Below, in pieces: positions 59,413 through 64,000 of a stretch of DNA of 64,000 nucleotides; the stretch's first letter is position 1; the number at the start of each line of letters is the position of its first letter. The stretch is taken from positions 91,945 through 155,944 of the IMG/VR virus record IMGVR_UViG_3300043105_000102. The stretch is one strand, 5' to 3'. Position numbers and translations under genes: made by a program. The stretch is from a virus (taxonomy: Duplodnaviria; Caudoviricetes). A model generated the notes under the pieces. That model searched no databases. It saw only the letters and a program-made list of their open reading frames with translations, and was not told the origin of the DNA.

Positions 59413-59729
59413 AATATACTAGCGTATATTTTATTCCCTAAGGATATATCGTAATTTGGAATTAAAAAAAGTTTTGGGGAAAGTTGTGAGCAGGACAGAA
59501 AGATTTGACGATTCACCAAAATTTTCTCCTGAAATATACCCCCCTATCTATTGTCAGCGTTTTAAGACCCAAGGGCTGCTGATTGCATAGCAACCCCGGG
59601 TCGCTAACGCTAGTAAAGACCCGAATTTACATTTATAAAAGTCTTTGGAGAAAGTCTTTTGCAAAACTACTTGTTACAACTATTGAAACCTTTTTCCCGA
59701 AAGTCTTTTACTAAACTCTTTTATAAAAT

Positions 59730-60400
59730 ACTTTTACTAAAGCTTTGCTATTTTAAAAATCTCGGCATCCACCAAATTACTTTCACACACTAAAGCGTTA
59801 AACCACTAAAGCTCTTCTGCTACTCTCTTTTATAAAAGTACCTACCTAAAGACTTTCACAAGCTAAAGCGCTAAATTCTTTAATACATTAAAGCGTCACA
59901 GTAAAGCGCTAAAGCCCTTCGGGTAACCACTTTGGCAAAACCTCTTTCTCTTTCACAGACTAAAGCGTTAAAGACTTTCACAGGTTAAAGAGCTAAAGTC
60001 TTTCGCAGACTAAAGGGCTAAAGAGCGAAGGGGGTCTTTAGCAAGCTAAAGCGTTAAAGAACTAAAGTCTTTAGTAAACTAAAGGACTAAAGCGTTGAAG
60101 TCTTTAGCTCACTAAAGACTTCAATAGACTAAAGCGTTAAAGACTTTAACGAGTTAAAGAGCTAAAGACTTCAATAGACTAAAGACTTTAACGAGTTAAA
60201 GAGCTAAAGACTTTCGTAGATTAAGTCTTTCGTAAGATCTTTACCAAAAGTAAAGAGATAAAGACTTGTGTAAAGGTAGAGCATCAAAGACTTTACTAAA
60301 AGTAGGGAACCAAAGGCTTTAGTAGGCTAAAGAGCTAAAGTCTTTAACGTACTAAAGACTATCAGCAGACTAGAGCAATAACGTAAAGCCAAAGAACTAG
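59730..60400 (+). repeat. Non-coding array of short TAAAG-based repeats
   Basis: More than 30 TAAAG copies, often 8 nt apart (CTAAAGCG/TTAAAGAG), with AAAG(A/T)CTTT palindromes. Confidence 0.85.
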
Positions 60401-60733
60401 AGACTATTAAGTCAACCAATAGATTAAGAGATTAGAACATTAAGAGATTAGGTAGCTTTAAGAAAAGGTCTTTTACCAAACTACATTAGTAAAGTGAGAA
60501 GAAGGGGGCGGGAAAGAAGGTGGGCGCAAAGGCAAAGGCTATACTATAGACATAGATATAAACTACAAAGTACAGATAAAGCCACAATGAGAGAGACTTT
60601 ACTATAAGAAGAAAAGTCAAGAGGTTCAGCTAGACAGAGAAGCAAATCTTTGTCATTGACAAAGATTATATATAGACAAAGAGAGATTCAATCAAACCAA
60701 TAATTTTCCAATAGAAGAAGATAAGAAAAAGGG

Positions 60734-60762
60734 TTGACAATCATGGTAAAAAGTGCTATGAT
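60734..60762 (+). promoter_or_regulatory. Early sigma-A promoter
   Basis: TTGACA-N17-TATGAT with TG extension and upstream A-tract. Confidence 0.75.
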
Positions 60763-60818
60763 TATATCATAGAAAAGGAATGGGGAATATCCTTTTCAGA
60801 AGAAAGGAGTAAGATACT

Positions 60819-60971
60819 ATGGACTATGATTATTTGGAACGGGAATGGGAGAACTACTCTTGCCACCAATACGCTGACTTGCCTGAGATGGTCAACGACT
60901 TTGCTAACTTCTACGCTAATAGCTATGGGGAGTATATGGAGATTTGGAACTTCCTTATTAACGAGAACTAA
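60819..60971 (+). CDS. Small acidic/aromatic early protein (50 aa)
   Basis: Below the ORF-track cutoff. AGAAAGGAG RBS; MDYDYLEREWENYSCHQYADLPEMVNDFANFYANSYGEYMEIWNFLINEN. Confidence 0.75.
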   Translation: MDYDYLEREWENYSCHQYADLPEMVNDFANFYANSYGEYMEIWNFLINEN

Positions 60972-60998
60972 ACACTTTCTTTTCGGAGGCAACGAACT

Positions 60999-61388
60999 AT
61001 GCTAAAACCTTATAAAAGATATTATACCATCACTGTTTATTCTGAGGGGCGTAAGCCCCTTTCATATAGCTGGGTGGGGAACCTACAGGTACTAGACGAA
61101 GATACCGTACCAACACCACTTGCCTTGAACAGTATGGAACCAGACACTATTAAGAACTGGGCTAGAGCTATTAAAGCCGCTGGTTATACCACAGACCCTA
61201 TTACAGGTAAAGAGTACCTAGCTATCGGCGGTGAGAAGTTGCCCTTGTCTGAGGTACAGCGCTTTGAATACACTGCTTTAGCAAAAGAAATTGGTATCAG
61301 CCCCAAAGAGATATTGATGAACTGTAGCGCGGACATTGCCATTCAATACTTAGAAGAGCAGGGGGTTGACAGTTTCACAATTGCATAA
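60999..61388 (+). CDS. Hypothetical early protein (129 aa)
   Basis: GGAGG RBS. Confidence 0.75.
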   Translation: MLKPYKRYYTITVYSEGRKPLSYSWVGNLQVLDEDTVPTPLALNSMEPDTIKNWARAIKAAGYTTDPITGKEYLAIGGEKLPLSEVQRFEYTALAKEIGISPKEILMNCSADIAIQYLEEQGVDSFTIA

Positions 61389-61538
61389 CACTTGGTAGCT
61401 TTACGATTGTCTCCGCGACTTTCGTAAAGCCCCCTAACTTTTATAAAAGTACCTATTGCAAGTTTTTATGCACGAAAATTCGTTCGTCATTTTGCACAAA
61501 GGTTTTCCCGGAAAGAAAAAATTCGTCATTTTGACGAC

Positions 61539-61567
61539 TTGACTTTTGGCTCCAATAGGACTATAAT
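61539..61567 (+). promoter_or_regulatory. Early sigma-A promoter
   Basis: TTGACT-N17-TATAAT. Confidence 0.75.
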
Positions 61568-61597
61568 AAGGGTAATTTATTAAAGGGGGCAACTGTT

Positions 61598-61750
61598 ATG
61601 GCCTATGTTTTGATTGTTATGTATCTAGTGTATAGTGTTGGGGAAGTCCTTCTTCAATTGGTAAACCACCGTGAGGGCGGGAACCTATGGGTCGCTTTGT
61701 TCTTGCGTGTGGGCTTTGCAGTTCTGGTTATGCAACAGCTAGGAGCATAA
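61598..61750 (+). CDS. Small membrane protein (50 aa)
   Basis: AAAGGGGG RBS; MAYVLIVMYLVYSVGEVLLQLVNHREGGNLWVALFLRVGFAVLVMQQLGA. Confidence 0.65.
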   Translation: MAYVLIVMYLVYSVGEVLLQLVNHREGGNLWVALFLRVGFAVLVMQQLGA

Positions 61751-61780
61751 TTTTGGTAAAACTGCACAAACCGATTTCCC

Positions 61781-61809
61781 TTGACTTCTAGGTTAATCTA
61801 TGTTAATAT
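61781..61809 (+). promoter_or_regulatory. Early promoter, related to the 63403 and 63942 copies
   Basis: TTGACT-N17-TAATAT with TG extension. Confidence 0.6.
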
Positions 61810-61862
61810 ATATACAAGAAGCAGGAAGGAAAACCTGACAAACCAGAAAGGAATTGATAATT

Positions 61863-62072
61863 ATGACAATTTATATTGTAACCCGTATTTGCGATGAAGA
61901 ATATGGGAACACTGAGAACGTGGGAGTGTTCGCAAGCCGTGAAGAAGCAGAGCAGTTCTTGAATGAGCATGTTCAACCCTTCAACAACTGGGCAATGGGC
62001 GCCAATGAAACTCGCCCGGACATGTATATTGAGGAATGGGAAGTCGGCCAGACACGTTTGGAGATTTGGTGA
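61863..62072 (+). CDS. Small early protein (69 aa)
   Basis: AGAAAGGA RBS; IYIV...VGVFASREEAEQF pattern common in small phage proteins. Confidence 0.75.
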   Translation: MTIYIVTRICDEEYGNTENVGVFASREEAEQFLNEHVQPFNNWAMGANETRPDMYIEEWEVGQTRLEIW

Positions 62073-62125
62073 GGTTCCTAGCGGAACCTCTCCTTTCCTT
62101 TCCCGTTCGAAAAGGAGTTGACCTT

Positions 62126-62437
62126 ATGAAAACCAGAAAATACGAAAAGTGGGCGGATGGAAGAATTAAAATGTATGATAGGTACATGGCACTTGTCACT
62201 CTTTCCGATATTCCAGACGCTGGACAGCAAATAGCTTATATCTATGTAGCCGATGAAGAAGCATTCGACCATATAAATAAGGTCTTTGAAGAAAATGGTC
62301 TTTACGGCCCCAAAGAGTATGGGTGTGACTTTACTGATGGAACCTGTTTTATGTTTGACAGGAATGAGAATCGGTGGTGTGCCATTCCCAACATGATTAA
62401 AGAGCTTTTTCAGTTAATGAAAGACCTTCAAAATTAA
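62126..62437 (+). CDS. Hypothetical early protein (103 aa)
   Basis: AAAGGAG RBS before ATG 62126; the ORF-track start at 62036 overlaps the upstream gene. Confidence 0.7.
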   Translation: MKTRKYEKWADGRIKMYDRYMALVTLSDIPDAGQQIAYIYVADEEAFDHINKVFEENGLYGPKEYGCDFTDGTCFMFDRNENRWCAIPNMIKELFQLMKDLQN

Positions 62438-62440
62438 GGG

Positions 62441-62730
62441 TTGACAAACGGTTAAATCTATGGTATATTATAGTAAAGAAAACCAATAGATAAGAAGCAA
62501 ACAAAAAATCTTAAAAAAGGGCTTGACAAACCTAAGAAAGTCTGATATAATCTTAAATGTAAAGAGGTCAAGGCGGACAAAGTAAACGCAAGTTGAAATA
62601 AGAACGCAAGGTAAGAGCGGAACCAGATAAGTGAGAATGAGATGGACAAAAGTCCTAGATGCTTAAAGCTGACCGCCACCTCAAAAAAATTAAAAAGGGG
62701 GTTGACAAACCTAAAAACTTTTGATATAAT
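62441..62730 (+). promoter_or_regulatory. Three tandem consensus sigma-A promoters
   Basis: TTGACA-N17-TATATT (62441-62469); TTGACA-N17-TATAAT (62523-62551 and 62702-62730). Confidence 0.85.
62564..62682 (+). ncRNA. Candidate structured small RNA
   Basis: Starts just after a consensus promoter. Ends pair (GAGGU..GGCGG / CCGCC ACCUC); internal AAC-GCAA-GUU and GGAC-AAAA-GUCC hairpins; no ORF. Confidence 0.45.
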
Positions 62731-62877
62731 AAAGAGGGTCAAGGGAGAGTAAACTCCCACAGAGCTTGTAAAAAAATCTGTTAAATCCAATTTTCTCTTG
62801 ACTTTCTTTATTGTACCAGAAGGTACAAATTAAATTGAAGAAGGATAACTTCTAAAAACCAGAAAGGAACTGATACT

Positions 62878-63225
62878 ATGGATAAGAAAATGACTCGCAA
62901 GGACGCCCTGACTTACGTTCTGACCAACGGTGAATGGCCTGAGGACGTGGCCGCAACTCTTGAGGCTATGGTTGAGCAGTTGAGCAAGCCTCATGCCTCT
63001 AAGAAGAAGGTTACGACTTCCGATAAGCTGTTGGAAGTGTACCGTGATTCTATCCTCTCTCTATTGACAGAGGGTAGCAAGCTGGCCAGTGATATTCGAA
63101 AGGGTATTCCCGAACTGGCAGAGGTAAGTCCTCAGTCCATCACGGCTATGTTGAACAAGCTGACTGCTGAGGGTGCAGTTGTCCGTGAGAAGGGCAAAAA
63201 GGGCATGGAGTACTCTCTGGCCTAA
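62878..63225 (+). CDS. Winged-helix/HTH DNA-binding protein (115 aa)
   Basis: ASDIRKGIPELAEVSPQSITAMLNKLTAEGAVVREKGKKGMEYSLA; AGAAAGGA RBS. Confidence 0.7.
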   Translation: MDKKMTRKDALTYVLTNGEWPEDVAATLEAMVEQLSKPHASKKKVTTSDKLLEVYRDSILSLLTEGSKLASDIRKGIPELAEVSPQSITAMLNKLTAEGAVVREKGKKGMEYSLA

Positions 63226-63334
63226 CGCAACCTCTCCCCTTCCTCAAAAGGGAAGGGGGGAAGGAAATACCTATCCATCCCAGAGTGGAAAAGGCTGAGG
63301 TTTTGCCCCCTTCATTAAGGGGGCGTTTCCGTAT

Positions 63335-63461
63335 AAAGAGAAGGGCGAAAGCCCTTCTTCTTTTTTGTGCAACTTGCACAACTCTTTTTGTGTAATTTTC
63401 CCTTGACTTCTGGGCTAACCTGTGGTAATATAATAAATGTAAAGAGAAGGGCGAACCTCTC
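63335..63461 (+). repeat. 127-bp direct repeat, copy 1 (terminator, palindrome, promoter)
   Basis: Identical to 63874-64000. Contains GAAGGGC-GAAA-GCCCTTC plus T-tract, TTGTGCAACTTGCACAA and TTGACT-N17-TAATAT. Confidence 0.95.
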
Positions 63462-63483
63462 TAATAGAAAGGAATTGATTATC

Positions 63484-63873
63484 ATGACAGTTAAAGAAAT
63501 GATTCAGCAGTTGGTTTCTCTCCCCATGGACGCGCAGGTTGTTTCTCGTTACAACGCTCGTAAGAGCTGGGGTCGTAAGGTGACCGGTGTTCTTCCTTCT
63601 GGTGAAGAAGTTTCATACTGGGTGCTAGGTTGCGTGTTATCCGTCCCACTGGGGGAATTTGAAAATGCAAAAGAGGTCAAACTAATGCACCCCTTTAAAG
63701 GTAGCCACCTTACCGTACGAGACTTTCTCTGCGACCTAGTCAAATGCCCCATGGAAGCTGAGGTGACTATGAGCATGACAACTATAAGGACAGGTACAGA
63801 ATATGTTTCCGATTTTACCCCAACTGTTATTCGGGATAAAGAGGGTGGCTATATGGTAGAATTCAACCCATAA
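63484..63873 (+). CDS. Hypothetical early protein (129 aa) with internal duplication
   Basis: AGAAAGGA RBS; MTVKEMIQQLVSLPMDAQV resembles LTVRDFLCDLVKCPMEAEV. Confidence 0.75.
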   Translation: MTVKEMIQQLVSLPMDAQVVSRYNARKSWGRKVTGVLPSGEEVSYWVLGCVLSVPLGEFENAKEVKLMHPFKGSHLTVRDFLCDLVKCPMEAEVTMSMTTIRTGTEYVSDFTPTVIRDKEGGYMVEFNP

Positions 63874-64000
63874 AAAGAGAAGGGCGAAAGCCCTTCTTCT
63901 TTTTTGTGCAACTTGCACAACTCTTTTTGTGTAATTTTCCCTTGACTTCTGGGCTAACCTGTGGTAATATAATAAATGTAAAGAGAAGGGCGAACCTCTC
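63874..64000 (+). repeat. 127-bp direct repeat, copy 2 (reaches the window edge)
   Basis: Identical to 63335-63461. Confidence 0.95.

Noticed and set aside
59620-60480. Possible CRISPR array
   Set aside because: No constant 25-45 nt repeat separated by unique spacers.
60610-60645. GAAAAGTCAA...CTAGACAGAGAA resembling the divergent promoter at 59163-59183
   Set aside because: Short match without matching -10 boxes; may be chance or a decayed copy.
62564-62682. tRNA gene
   Set aside because: No T-loop GTTCRA, anticodon arm or CCA end; kept only as an unclassified ncRNA candidate.
60762-63918. Minus-strand ORFs in the early region (60762-60992, 62458-62790, 63146-63379 and others)
   Set aside because: They overlap plus-strand promoters and RBS-supported genes and lack RBSs.

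Overview
The window is part of a large, AT-rich tailed phage genome, most likely a siphovirus of a Firmicutes/Clostridia-type host (Firmicutes-style GGAGG RBSs, sigma-A promoters, no tail sheath gene). Positions ~1-59,130 hold one minus-strand morphogenesis module. In transcription order it encodes a Zn-finger/HTH putative regulator, a terminase-associated (TerS-like) gene, TerL, a small nuclease, portal, protease-scaffold, decoration protein, major capsid, neck proteins, major tail protein and a 3174-aa tape measure. About 31 kb of baseplate and fibre genes follow, including a 2172-aa protein with LamG, CotH-kinase-like and BspA-LRR domains and an NlpC/P60 hydrolase. Three group I introns interrupt the packaging genes; their splice sites can be read from P1/P10 pairings. 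In one intron the HNH ORF has no stop and runs in frame into the TerL nuclease exon. A conserved non-sigma-A motif at gene boundaries is a candidate phage late promoter. A ~1.3 kb non-coding TAAAG repeat array separates this module from a plus-strand early region with strong sigma-A promoters, operator-like palindromes, a candidate structured ncRNA, small genes and an identical 127-bp terminator/promoter repeat. All functional calls come from motif recognition and synteny; no database searches were run.
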